This document shows positions 14,101-26,459 of a stretch of 64,000 nt of DNA, in pieces. Positions within the stretch are counted from its first letter, which is position 1, and every line of letters starts with the position of its first letter. The notes under the pieces were generated by a model. The model searched no databases. It saw only the letters and a list, made by a program, of their open reading frames with translations, and was not told the DNA's origin. A program made the position numbers and the translations under genes. Origin of the DNA: Tubiluchus corallicola (lineage: Eukaryota; Animalia; Priapulida); the NCBI GenBank assembly GCA_030141605.1, contig JAQGDQ010000113.1:310001-374000 (forward strand), read 5' to 3'.

Positions 14101-16023
14101 AAATCCCAGACAAGGACAGAGAGAAGCATGCGACTTGATCATGTGAAATTTTGTATTCACGACACAAAAAAATATCAAGCTTGTGCAACCAAAACCCTTC
14201 TGTCACACATTGAAACTAAAGTAATTTTGAGATTCATATAATCAATAGAATACGGTATAAATGCTCTTATTTCATTAAGTTATTATTAGAAAAAACGGCA
14301 CCTAATCTTTTTCGCACCGTCTAGAGGATAAGGAATCAATTTAAACAAAAAATTATCTTTAGCACGAAAACCCCACGGGATGACATAACGGCCCCTATTA
14401 TAAGTGATAAAACTTAGGCGCAAATTAGTATTTGTTTTTCAGCAAAATATGTCCTCTGCGGTGACTTTCATGTGACATTTCCTGATCAGTCTTCTACAGA
14501 CTTTATTCAGTTTACATCACCAACAGAAAACATAACAGAGTTCACGATTTGTCAAGTAAGTGTGCCTTGTTACTTTATTGTTTTAAATTAGTTCTGTTCT
14601 GTATTTGTGCGTGTTTTGTTTTACAGTCATTACATAATTAAAAGACCAAAATTCTTCAGATCGTCGGCAGGAACTAATGTCCATCTTTAATTGTTCTTAA
14701 TTAACATTTATTAACTGGGTTTTTCAGCCAACAAATACGCATTTCTTACAGTAAAATACTATAAAACGGGCTAAATTTCATTTGAGATTGGTGTGTCATA
14801 ATGAATGACATCATCGGATGTCACGTCACTAGAAATCATAATATACAATCATAGGCCAACCATGCCGACCACGCCATTTGCCAACAAGGACAATTAGGGA
14901 TAGATATTAGACAGCACCGACAGTTTGAGGAATATTGGTCTTATCGTTTTGTTAATGACTCTGTAAATATTTGCAATTAGTAATTCAGTATGATTTATTT
15001 GTCTTTCTCTTTCACTTGAAGTTAAGTACAGTTGTGCTTTCGAACATCCTTTCCGTTCTTGTTTCTTAATTTTGGGGGTATTTTAATTCATTGGCACTAT
15101 TCATGTCATTGAGAATTATGTAACTACTTTTTTATAGTATTATCGTTTGAGTTGCAAATTAAAAGAAACATGCATAGAATTTGAGAAAAAATAAGTTGAA
15201 ACAAAAATAAGCATAGTACTAGACGCTCAAATGCAAAATACATGGCTAATAATAGTAAAAAATTTTGCCAAAAATTTTACAGTACGCTCTCTGACATGTT
15301 AATAGAGATTAGAAACTCAAAAGTACTGGTGCAAAGGAGTGGGCCGAACTTTTGGCTGCAATAATAAATATTAGAAGTAAATTCCCCAAAAAGTTGAAAT
15401 TATAGTAAATTTGGCTGTTAATGTTACAAGTTTATAAGGTTAAGTAGTTTTAAGCTATGAAAAAGTTTTGCAAATAAAAAGTTAAATGCCGGGACAATGT
15501 CAGCTACAAATACCAACTGAAATACAACCACGTTGACGTATAAAGCCCTTAAAACAGTGAAGTATCAACCAGTTTACATCATGCTCATCATCAGACAAAA
15601 TAAACCGTCGCTAAAGATTTGTTGTCAATAATAAAGTGGGATATAATAATATGGTTCATGGTGTCCTTAATTTGATTAAAAAAGGGTAAGACGGTCACAC
15701 AGAACCGTTTGATACAGAGGAACAGAGTGCTGGTACCAACTACCCCTTAAAAAGTACATCAGCTGTTGGAAGAAATGCCTTCGTCTAGTTTGCATTGAAA
15801 ACGGTAAACTCATATGGCACGCTGTAAATTTTAAAAAGTGCCACAAAATTTTTCCTGCATTTATTGTTTTGGCTTCTTGTTTTAAAACTTCTGTACCTCC
15901 CGAAAAATCTTTAAAAAATGACCAAAAATTTTGCAGTTTATATATAAGCGTCAGTAACATCAGTGTGGTGATTTTCAAGCGACTTCGCGGATCTTTTTCT
16001 TATAGTATCGTAATCAAAACTTC

Positions 16024-16067
<44 letters not shown>

Positions 16068-19000
16068 ATTTTATACATCACTATAACAATCTATGGTTTT
16101 AATCAAAAAGCAGTCTGATACCATAAGGCTTAACCGCTTTCTTATTCAATTAGAAAAGTTTACAGCAAGATTAGTGAAAGCTAAAACTGTAACTTCTAAT
16201 GCCATAGCTTTAGAACTTTTAGATACCCACACTTGCTTTGTATGTATCGTTCTGACAGATGACAAAACGTTGACTATTTTCAGTGGATCAAACAAACGGC
16301 AACTACTTTCTCACTGGCTTCTTACGCTGCAAGCGATTCCAACTTAAGAGCAATTTTAATGATGATTGTGGACGAAGATTTAGTACTGCATATAAATGGA
16401 CAAAGCGTGTAAGTTGGCAAAATTATGTGTGTATTAGTTGAAAGTAGAAGCCCTCACTTGCACAAGCAGTGTATACATATATAATTGTATATAGTTCATA
16501 GTATATATAATGTGTATAATAGCTGTTTAGTAATAATAACGCCGCGCCCTAAGATATGCGATAACAGGAAAAACACCGGCACCTGCAACAAGATAGCTTA
16601 ATATCCTGTTAATTGCTGAACTACAATAAATATTATGTTGATTGCATACTTTAATTATGCAGGGGATAAATCTAAGCTTTATTTAAAATACGGTGAAAAA
16701 GTCAAGGTAAAAAACTCAGGTTAAATTTCTTATTCAAAAATATCAATAAAACACAAATTACAGACAGATACATGGATAAATCAAGGAAAAATCCAGCTTT
16801 TGTTTTACTAACAAATGCCAAATCTATTAAAATCAGTTCTCAAAAGCATATAAGGTTTGTTGTTTACCAATGCTGATGTGCTTAATTTGTTAATTACCAA
16901 GTTATGGATTAAGTTACTAAAGCGAATCGGATTTATGTCGATATTACATAGCTTTACATAATAGTGATTATCGAGAATGTACTGCAAGGGGTCATAATTT
17001 ATATTTTACGTTACACGTTGATTAATGACTAGTGAATTGTTACAAGATATATGTGTTGGGAACGCTAAATTTTTGGTGTGGGCGAACAGCGTGGCGCATT
17101 TCTCACTTTAGAGGTTACCAATTCTAATAACATAATTTTTTATGTCAGCTGCTATATCTCGCTACTTTTCTCAAAATTAGAATCACTTTGCCTTTAAAAA
17201 GATCACAAAAAACAAATCCTGTATTTTTATTGTAGGACTCTACAGAGTATCGGCAATCTGATTACTAATGGAAACTTCAACCAGTTATGCGTAACGTGGG
17301 ACATGGGACAATATAATGTATACGTCAACGGAGACGGTAACGATAACTACATTACAATTCTAACTAGTACTGGGCAATACTATGACTTTTACTGAGTTTA
17401 TTTATTTAAGCTTCTGTGCGAAAATACTCGGTATAATGTGCTTGCATAGCAAAATCGTCAGCAATTAAGCTTTTCTACACATGCTGAATCTCCATTTCAT
17501 GAGAATCACTTTGGCAACAAGCTCATTGCTCTATTTCATTTCTAAGCTGAGATAATCCACGTTACGTTTAAGTGCACGCTTCGCACTAAAAACATAACCT
17601 TGAGAAAATCGCTGTAAAAGTTAGCCATTGTTTTTTTTTTGTCATCATCATCATAATTATGCCCGTTGCGTCTATTAGACATTGGGCAAGCAGAATTCTA
17701 AAATAAATCCGTCCTCAAGACAATTAAACACATCAGTTATCCGGCAAGAAGCTAGACACTGCTATGCCAATGTCTTGTCAGCACTACCGCGTTTCTATAA
17801 AACCTTTAGCACAAATGTTGGTTGCTGCGGACTTTGCAAGAACACATTGAAGTTATGTTTAAATCCAGTAGATTGCTCTTGACGAAGATCTGGGATTGGC
17901 AATAGAAAAAACCTAAAGCAAAATGACTGCTTCCACGACCTACTATCGCAGTTTGAAAGTACAAGTTTCTACAATTGCAGTACTACTTTCTAGCCAGAAA
18001 AGTGGGTACGGGGTTATAAAATTAGATTTTTAGTATTTTTTGAGCATTTTCTTGATAATTTGATGCTAGAATATAAAAGTCCAATACACTTAGCGTTTGT
18101 TTTCATAAAAAAGACAAATGACATTTGATCAAATTTTTGGTGCATTCTAGTTTGAACCATCATAACGTACCTTTAACTGCGCCGATTTATGGGCGGTTTT
18201 GTTTGCAAGAAGTTTTTTTTTTGAAAAACGAACCGTGAATATTGTAATTATAGCGGCAGTCTAAACAACATTTAGTTACATATAATTAATAAGCCTAAAT
18301 ACTCCTTAATGTATTCATATTACAGAAATTGTATCAGGAGCCTTCGCAGGAGGAGGAGCAAACGCTATACCAGGAGGTGGAAACCTCATATTCGGACAAG
18401 AGCAGGGCACTGTTGGTAGTGGCTTCACTTCAGCTAGTAGTTACGCTGGAATGGTCACATCGTTTATAATGTCTTCCACGGCGTTATCAGCTGCTGATAT
18501 AGGTATAGTAATCTAGTGTTATTTCCTTGCTGCGGTTATTCATTGTGCCCGTACACTTATTAGAACCATATCGCGATTATATTATGATACATTCACACTA
18601 AATCATAGATACGTTCACAAACCAAGTTATTTAATAGAGATGATAGCACATCAGTGCTTTACTAACACGAATAAGAATAAATTTGTTTTACAACAACAAA
18701 TGCAATGTCACAATAATACAATAACAATAATAAGAAAGTTGCTGTAAGGAAGAAGAAGGAGCAATTGCTTTCTAGTCTTCCTCTTACAGGTGGATACCAT
18801 AACTGATAACATCATTCTATAACTATATAAATTCGATTGAAAAAAAATTGTAAATTTCGGGAAACCTGTAAATATTTCGCAGCATTACAGCCAGATATTT
18901 ATATGCACAAAATATAACAAGAAATAGTTAGGAGCATATACGCAAAAAAGAAAGAAATTAGTATGCATGAAAACGATTTATAAAAATGGGGTAAATTATC

Positions 19001-20225
19001 ATTTATCCTTCACAGATAATTTTGTTAAAACACACTAAATACATTAAAAACTAACTTTTTAACATTCACGTTACCGATTCTTAAAACTAAGCCATACTTT
19101 CTTCTTAAGCAACAATGACTATCGTTAGTAGAATTCAATATTAATTGAATATTATATATGTTTGCGATTTGAATTTTCTTTGAAAAAATTGATTTTCCAC
19201 GAACCACTATCCATTTTTGTTAATAAATCAAATCACATGCTGGTTTTAATGCTTAATTTGAAGAGTGTCTTACTTTATTCCCTCTAAGCATTGCAATATG
19301 ATCAAAAAACACTTTCATTGATTTTATAGATCAGAATGTTAATTTAAATTATATTCGCAATAATTGCATTTAGAAACTGATTGGTTATGAGGAAAACGAG
19401 TTCTTAATATAAAAAATGATTGCCAACACCAACTTAAGGCAAAACGCGGGTTTTATTCAGACACAACATCCGCAACGTTTCGACATACCCTATTTGTTTA
19501 CTATTTCACGATCATGCAACAACCACCTAAATGCAAATACAGTGTAAATCAACACTGTGACAAGCAAACAAGACAAATACAAAATTGTAAACTTACCTAT
19601 TGTGTGATACAAAGCTAACTGACAGAAAAAATAAAGTTATGTTATTCCAACACATTTCATTCTCTGACCAATGCCTGTGGGTGGTAATAAGAGAAAACTT
19701 TGCATTAAAAACGATGACAACATTGTAAATGAGCTACAAGGGCCAGTTCTTACATTTAGCGATGACGTTTTACGTGACTGCCTTGAATTTGCTGTTTTTG
19801 ATTAATTATTGTACATTCGCCATTTTGATCGCAGTTAGTCTTTTTCAGAAACTTTGTCAACTACGTGCTACAACAGCATTGGTAACCTAGCGAGCTGGTC
19901 AAAGTTGAGCGTGACCGTAATGGGAATGGGTGGTGTACAACTCGACGACCCCAGTGAATGCACAATGGGGGAAACGGAAGGAGAAAGATGTCTGCAGACC
20001 AAGCTAACAGAAGAGCAAGTCCGTTTCTTGGGGGATCTGATTGCGTACATTATCGACAGCGATGATTTCAACGATATGCGCTTGGACCTCCTCACTGAAA
20101 CGCAGTATGACTTTGAACATTTTATTGGCAAGCTGCTAAAGTCACTGCACAGATTGGAGGGTATAATAAAACACCCTGTTAGGCAGTTATTAAAAAAATA
20201 TGAAACGGTGAAGAAGTTTCACTAG
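11104..20225 (+). CDS. Pentraxin-domain protein with acidic N-terminal segment and helical C-terminal extension; start-codon exon not identified
   Basis: Phase-compatible exons: 11104-11149 (IYVVLICHLPAIRAE, signal-peptide-like, least certain), 12570-12770 (acidic), 14443-14555 (VTFPDQSSTDFIQF...EFTICQ), 16284-16408 (WIK...LASYAAS...LHING), 17236-17336 (NQLCVTWDMGQYNVYVNG), 18326-18502 (IPGGGNLIFGQEQGTVGSGF...YAGMVTSF...LSAADI), 19849-20225 (CYNSIGNLASW...stop). FTxC, xxCxTW, GQEQ and GNxxSW are pentraxin hallmarks. Confidence 0.85.
13035..14323 (+). mobile_element. Internally deleted DNA transposon, probably Academ-like, in a pentraxin intron
   Basis: Degenerate TIRs: left CAGTCCAAAAAAATTGGGTGCCATTTTTT (~13039); right reverse complement TAGACGGTGCGAAAAAGATTAGGTGCCGTTTTTT (~14290-14323). 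Internal peptide RVIFDRYIKDSLKSQTRTERS (ORF 14044-14241) resembles, from memory, the FDRY..SLK..TR..R motif of Academ transposases. Confidence 0.55.
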
Positions 20226-21421
20226 AAAATATTACAAAAGCATATTGTATACTTTGTTACATTATAATGGTGAGAGTTTTTTTATTTATTACGTGAATTA
20301 TTATTATTATTAAAATGAATTTATTTCGTGTTCTTATATAACTATATTGGACTACACTTCTAATTTATAAACATAAATATTTAATAGGTTAATCATTCAT
20401 AAATACTTCTACTTTTTGTAATCAATAATGAATTATAATGATGGTTGTAATGTATAGTAATGTAATGAATTAATTTATATCGCGTTGTTATGTAACTATT
20501 TTGGACAGCACTTCTACTTGATAGATATAAATATTTAATAGGTTAATTATTCATAATTCCTTTTGTAATGAGTAAGCTTACCATACACTGTTTATGTTAC
20601 GTTAATTAATACGATCATTAGTTTGACTGTACCATCACTTTACAAGAACGTATATAGAAAATCACTGTATTCACTAGGACAAATGTCATGTGTTCCATAG
20701 TGCGTACTGGGGATTTTATTGCGCAAGTGTACCTGACTTATATAGGCTCCAATAAAATACCTCTTTCGAAAATTTCCAATATTTTAATAGCAAAATATTG
20801 GGAAAAGTGACTAGTAAATAAGGTTACTTATTTTAGTGAAAGGGAAATTTATTTTCACCGATGTACCAAGGGATTATGACTCAAACTACATTTTACTAAC
20901 CATGACATTTCGAGATAGTTCATAAGACATTAAAACTGCAAGATAATTAAAATCAAATAACTTACAGAATGATAGTTGAAATGAATAAATGAAAATTTTA
21001 AAGTTTAAAAAACACTGCGGACTGGTAAAATTTATATAAAATTAGAATATAAGTATTAAACTAAGTGTCAAAAACTGCAGTTTGCAGAAAGGGACTTAAA
21101 TAAGTCTGACTATAAAAGACTAAAAAGAATAAAAATTTATGCCTATTGGCAGCTTAACTGAAGTCCAGTTTGCAGCCTACAATTTTTAACGATCAACTTA
21201 AAATTATACGCACCATCAAAATGTATATTCCTAATTTAAGTGAATTTTACCAGTCCAGTGCAGTATTTTTTAAATTTCATATTCTTCACGTATAAATTTA
21301 AATTATCATTTTGTAAATTATTTGATTTTAATTATCTTACAGCCGTAACGTCTGATGAAGATAATCGAAATGTCATGGCTAATAAAATGAAAATTATTTT
21401 ATTAGCATCTAAGAAGACATC

Positions 21422-22440
21422 ACAGACAAAGCGTGAAGTCGGGTATTCTATGGAATGCCTAGGCATTTTATATAATGCCAAATTAAACTAGGTAAAGTGC
21501 CTAAAATAGCTCATTCTGCACTTTTCCTGGGCATTATAGATAATGCAAAAATCTCTCTAAGCAAACTGTATAATTCATAAATTTTAAGTATACTTTTGCT
21601 AGGCGTTTTATAGAATGTCGAATAAATTCTAGTTAAAATGAAAATAAAGCAAATGTTCAATTGTTTTGATGTAATTTTCCTAGGCATTTTATATAATGAT
21701 AATTTTATTTTAGGGAATGTGTGAAATTGAACCAAGTCGTGTTTCAATGCGCTTGTAAATTGGTTAGCTTTTTCTCGTGTCCAAGAATTCTGTCGTTCCC
21801 TTTCTGTAGTGGACGGAGAGAAAGAGAAACAGAGAGAGAAAGATGCAAACATTCTGGTCTACTGTGCAGGCTACATTTCATAAACTTTTTCATTTAATCT
21901 ATTGCGAAAACAAAGCTCTCTGCACATCAAATTTCTATTATTAACCTCGTCTTCTTCCATGGCAACACCAGTCATGGCCTTTAAACTATGCCCAACATAC
22001 AAAATTGTATTTGCGCAAGTTCTCAGCCTAGCATTTAAAAAGATTTTTAAATGATGCATTAAGTGATCCACCTGATTGAGCAGCATGTCTAGAATGGTGA
22101 TTTTGTGCAATTACTAGAAAACGAAATTTTAACTTAACGGCTTACGTAAACAAATTGCTTAGTTTCATTTTGTCGTTGAATCATTGGGCGCATTTCATAC
22201 AACGTCTAGGTAATGTACAAAATAGCGAGTAAAAGTTCCGCACAAAACGAATTATGTTCGTTTTAAACTTTGCCAAAGTCACTCAATTTGTATAAATCCT
22301 AGCCATTATACAAAACGCCTAGGTAAAGCGAGAAAAAGTCGCAGCAAAAAGATTTATTTCACACTTTTCCCGAAACGCATAAGGGTTATATAAAATACTT
22401 AAAGGATTTCATAAAATGTCTAAATTTACACATTGCCTGT
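21422..22440. mobile_element. Non-autonomous foldback/TIR element with subterminal repeats
   Basis: Several copies of (C)CTAGGCRTTTTATA.AATG in the left ~300 bp and reverse-complement copies (e.g. CATTATACAAAACGCCTAGG) in the right ~250 bp; termini are degenerate inverted matches. Confidence 0.5.
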
Positions 22441-23073
22441 AAATCGACGAAAATTAAAGCTCTACTTTTAGTACTGCTTGGCAGTTTTTACACAGCCACG
22501 TCAATCGAAATCTGACCGCTACTAATGTTAGGTTAGCATCTCAAAATCTTATCAGTGATTACGAGACCACAAAAAACTAACACATATATGATAATTAAAA
22601 AAACTAACACACATATGATAATTCATTAGTTATAAGTTCATCCCTCATAACGTGGGGCTCTGAACATGGAGGAGTAACAAAAGTTTTGTTTAGCTTAGTT
22701 TAGGTTATTCACATCTATGTCATACAATATAGTACAACATGTACTAGCACACTACGTAATGAACACTTATAAATGTTTACAATTGGAATGACTTAGATAA
22801 GGTTGTTTATTTAATGGTTAGATAAGGTTGTTTATTAAGACCATAAGACAAGGTGAACTACCGTAATCGCAAAACCTGTATTTCATGCAATCTGCAGAAT
22901 GCACGTGCATGATGATTTATGAATTTTAACAGTTTTACTAATCTAATTAAAGCAGTGTAAAATGTTGTGTAAGCTATGCTAGATTTTGACCTAAAACGTG
23001 ACATGGTCTCGCGTCACCCCAAACATGTCGAATTCTTCTTTAATGGAGATGCGTGAGTTCCATTCATGAACAT

Positions 23074-23130
23074 TTAGTTTATATTGAACTGCAACATCAG
23101 GAACAAATAGGTGAAATAAAGTCCAAACAG
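23074..23130 (-). CDS. GRL constant exon 3 (TM7b, stop)
   Basis: Acceptor ttttcag; translates LFGLYFTYLFLMLQFNIN*, containing the GR/GRL signature TYxxxxxQF; 57 nt, phase 0. Confidence 0.93.
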   Translation of the reverse strand: MFGLYFTYLFLMLQFNIN

Positions 23131-23379
23131 CTGAAAAGAAAATTCGCTTTTAATTATTTTCACGAGTCCGCAAAATTAGATAAGAAAATATAAGCAAAGA
23201 TAAACAACCAGCTGACACAAACCTCAAGATATTTTTTTTAAAATTTGTCAGATTTAATTTCTAATAGTGCATAATAATATTTGGTGAATTTATTTTACTG
23301 GTTACTTTTCAAGGGACTAGTGTAACGAAATGCGTCAGGATTTCAGTCATATCAAACCAATTGCGTGATTACCACTTAC

Positions 23380-23469
23380 CGTTAGAATAATTTCTTTGGT
23401 GATGACAAACATTCCCAAAAACGTAAATCCTATTTTTTGTCCAGTCAATTTCGACAGGAACAGATTCAA
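23380..23469 (-). CDS. GRL constant exon 2 (IL3/TM7a)
   Basis: ttttttag...gtaagt; 90 nt; LNLFLSKLTGQKIGFTFLGMFVITKEIILT, a typical GRL 'LFL..L....IGFT..G.F.I.K..ILT' segment. Confidence 0.93.
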
Positions 23470-23698
23470 CTAAAAAAATACGGAGATTTACATGCAACTT
23501 CAAGGAAATTGGAACCTAATAAACTGAATTAACAGAACTAAACTTAACAGAACTAAATTATTGAACTTCAACACCGAAAATATTGCACGCACCATTCATC
23601 AGGTGCCAGTATATTAATGCCGTATATTACTAATGCCCGTAATTTTTGATATAAATTTATGTCGGATAACGATTATTAACAAATTTAGTTCTGCTCAC

Positions 23699-23794
23699 TT
23701 GAACGACGAAGTTGTTTGACACTTCTTGGTCTGGGTGCTCTTGTGTGTCCACAGCTACCTTGAGGTTGTACAAGTGCTCCAGTGGCTCGTGTGC
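23699..23794 (-). CDS. GRL constant exon 1 (post-TM6, intracellular loop 3)
   Basis: tttcag...gtgagc; 96 nt, phase 0 at both ends; AHEPLEHLYNLKVAVDTQEHPDQEVSNNFVVQ. Confidence 0.88.
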
Positions 23795-23936
23795 CTGAAA
23801 GTAACACGCCTTTAGAAAATTTAGCTTTCCTATTATTTATGTATGAGTATGAATTTTTTTCATAAGCTATTACTTATCAAAATTAAATGCATGTAATAAG
23901 AAAATGAATTTTAATCCCTTTGCAAGAGTCTGACAG

Positions 23937-23966
23937 AAGAAGAAAGAGAAAGAGAGAAAGAGAGAG

Positions 23967-24030
<64 letters not shown>
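23937..24030. repeat. (GA)n microsatellite between GRL exon A and constant exon 1
   Basis: Direct reading. Confidence 0.95.
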
Positions 24031-24172
24031 AAGCGATGGGAAGAAAGGACGTAAACAAGAAGGAGAAATTGAGTAAAACAATCAATAGCTCAGTAAAACA
24101 ATGAACACACTATGTGTATATTTAGTCACTTTTCATTAAACAAATAGATGCTTTACACAAAAGAATTCTTAC

Positions 24173-25258
24173 TGCTGAATGAAGTGACGAGGCGCTTAAC
24201 GATACTATGGTTATAGATGAAACTATTTGCACCAGAAGGAAGGAAGCAGTAGCAACGGAAAGCATTTGGCTAGCTTGCGTGTTGAACATGCGTGCCAGCA
24301 GAGTGTATGATATAAAACAAGTCAGTGGTACGTTACAGACATAATCCAGGGCTATCAGGCGAGCTAGATCTGCGTCTAACAGAGTTATTTGCTTGCAGAG
24401 AAGAAGATGGCGGTTGCGAATGTGTTCGATCATATCAGGAATTGCATTGTGCTTTATAGCCTTTTGTACCGTGACCAACTCCACGGTTACTTTCTGAAAT
24501 TCCCTTCGCAAAAGGAGACATAGCGAAGCTACAAACACGGGCGAGAACGCCATAGCTACTCCGTGTGCAACAGAACTGAACATAAAGGCATAAATGTCAA
24601 TCTTTTCGCTCAGAGATAATACATGTACCACTGGAAAGCTTTCATTGGATGTGCTGTCTGATTCAAAATTCTGACTTTCTCCAAGAGGTTCACTTAACAT
24701 GGATATTTGTATTCCTGCTACAACAAGTGCCAGAGAAAGAGGTGCCAACATCAACAGATGTGAAGTGAATCGAATTTTCTTGCCAGCTTTTCGTTTTGGT
24801 TTCTGGTCTTGCATGATATCATTCCATGCTATGGCAAACTTGACCAGGGAGCTGTTGCAGCAAGAAAGTCGGAACATGACGAGCGAATTCATGACGTTGT
24901 GAAACACAAATGTCATGGAGACAAACGTCATCGTTGTGCTCTCTTGCACGGCCCCAATTGTTATTACATTGCAGAAAAGTCCAACAAAGACATAGGTCAT
25001 CATCAAGATCATAATGATATGGTAAATCCTGCTAACGAGGTGAATCGGCTTAGGACATCTAAAATTTGGATTCAGGAAAGAAGGGTAGCTGAAGAAACCA
25101 GCAAGGTGCATCCACAACAGACAAGGTCTCAAATATTGTCTGACGTCATAGTTTCCGGCTTCGCTCATCCCTTTATCACATCCATCTTTACCATTTTTGC
25201 ATGGCATTACAGTTACACGTGTAACACACGGCATTGTTTTGCCCTTTTGCTGAAACAT
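24173..25258 (-). CDS. GRL variable exon A (N-terminus, TM1-TM6); 442-aa isoform when joined to the constant exons
   Basis: 362 codons from ATG; six hydrophobic segments; LRPCLLWMHLAG near TM1 and IEHIRNRHLLLCKQITLLDADL before TM5; ends SSLHSA at phase-0 donor GCA|gtaaga. Confidence 0.9.
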
Positions 25259-25860
25259 GTCTCAACCAAGCACGTTAGAAGACTGATAATTATTTAGGCT
25301 TGGCAATTTGCGAACTAACTGCTGATGTAATCATGTAAATGAAGTCATTTTTGTTTAGTGTTTTGCCACCGTTGTCAATTACATATCTACAGAAGAATTG
25401 TTGCATGTAGCAACACCCTTTATGCATTAGCATTAACATGCATTAGCAGTATTATTTTCGGCACTCATTCAATGTGTTTGTTTGCAGCACTGTTTTGTTG
25501 TCAAAATGATTTGTCGCATAATGCTTTTGTCTCAATTTGGTTTTGCTTTTATAGCAAAATTTGTGAGTTTAGTGATCTATCCAAACAAATTCAGTGAAAT
25601 TTATTTGCATTGTGATAAATATTCTAAATTGTACAACGTTTGTTTATATGGATCGGATTGAACTTGACAAGCAATTCACAAAATGAGCTTTTAGTTGTGT
25701 CCAACAAGAAGCTTGGTGACCATATAGACCAAACAATAGGGCAGCATGGTAAGAACTTGAACGTGTAACTTTAAAAAGGCCAAAAGACATGGGTCGTTTC
25801 CCTTATTACCACCAGATAGCAGTAAGAATAAAAACATCACCTGCTGTGATTACTGTTTGT

Positions 25861-26168
25861 CAGGTGGTCATTAGTAGCCATTAGCCAGATGAAAACATTA
25901 GATGAAACTTACGTATTGTAAATATAGTTTAGTAAATAGATTAAATTGTGCAATTTTGTACAACTCATGTACAATTTGTACGAATGTATACAAATTGTGT
26001 ACGATGTACGAATGCACGAATGTATACGAACGTATACAAACTGTACTACTCATGTACTATTTTGTACAAAATTGCACAATTTATTCTGTTTGCCAAACCA
26101 TAAATTCACAATACTGTACGTAAGTTCTAATATTTTCATGTGGCTAATAGCTGCTAATGACCACTTGT
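25861..26168. mobile_element. MITE-like palindromic element (~310 bp)
   Basis: Left arm CAGGTGGTCATTAGTAGCCATTAGCCAGATGAAAACATTAG...AATTGTGCAATTTTGTACAA; right arm TTGTACAAAATTGCACAATT...CTAATATTTTCATGTGGCTAATAGCTGCTAATGACCACTTG; ~100-bp imperfect inverted arms around a GTAC/GAAT-repeat core. Confidence 0.8.
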
Positions 26169-26459
26169 ACTATAGCTAATGGTCACAGTGTGTATTTAGT
26201 GATCAGCGTTAAATAAAGCTGTAAATGGATGGGTGACTGTCCAGAAAACTGTTTCGGATTGATTTTATCTGTCATATCTCACTGCCATTTACTGCACTGA
26301 AGCAAGTGGTACGCTCTTGAACATAACCGAGGCCCATCTTCCGATTTAGTATCTCATCTCAAGTTGTTTGTGTAAGAGCCTAAACTAAAAAATCAGCAAT
26401 TAAAAACGAGAATACAAAGTATTGTTAAATAAAATTATAGTTTATGCATAAATTCTTAC

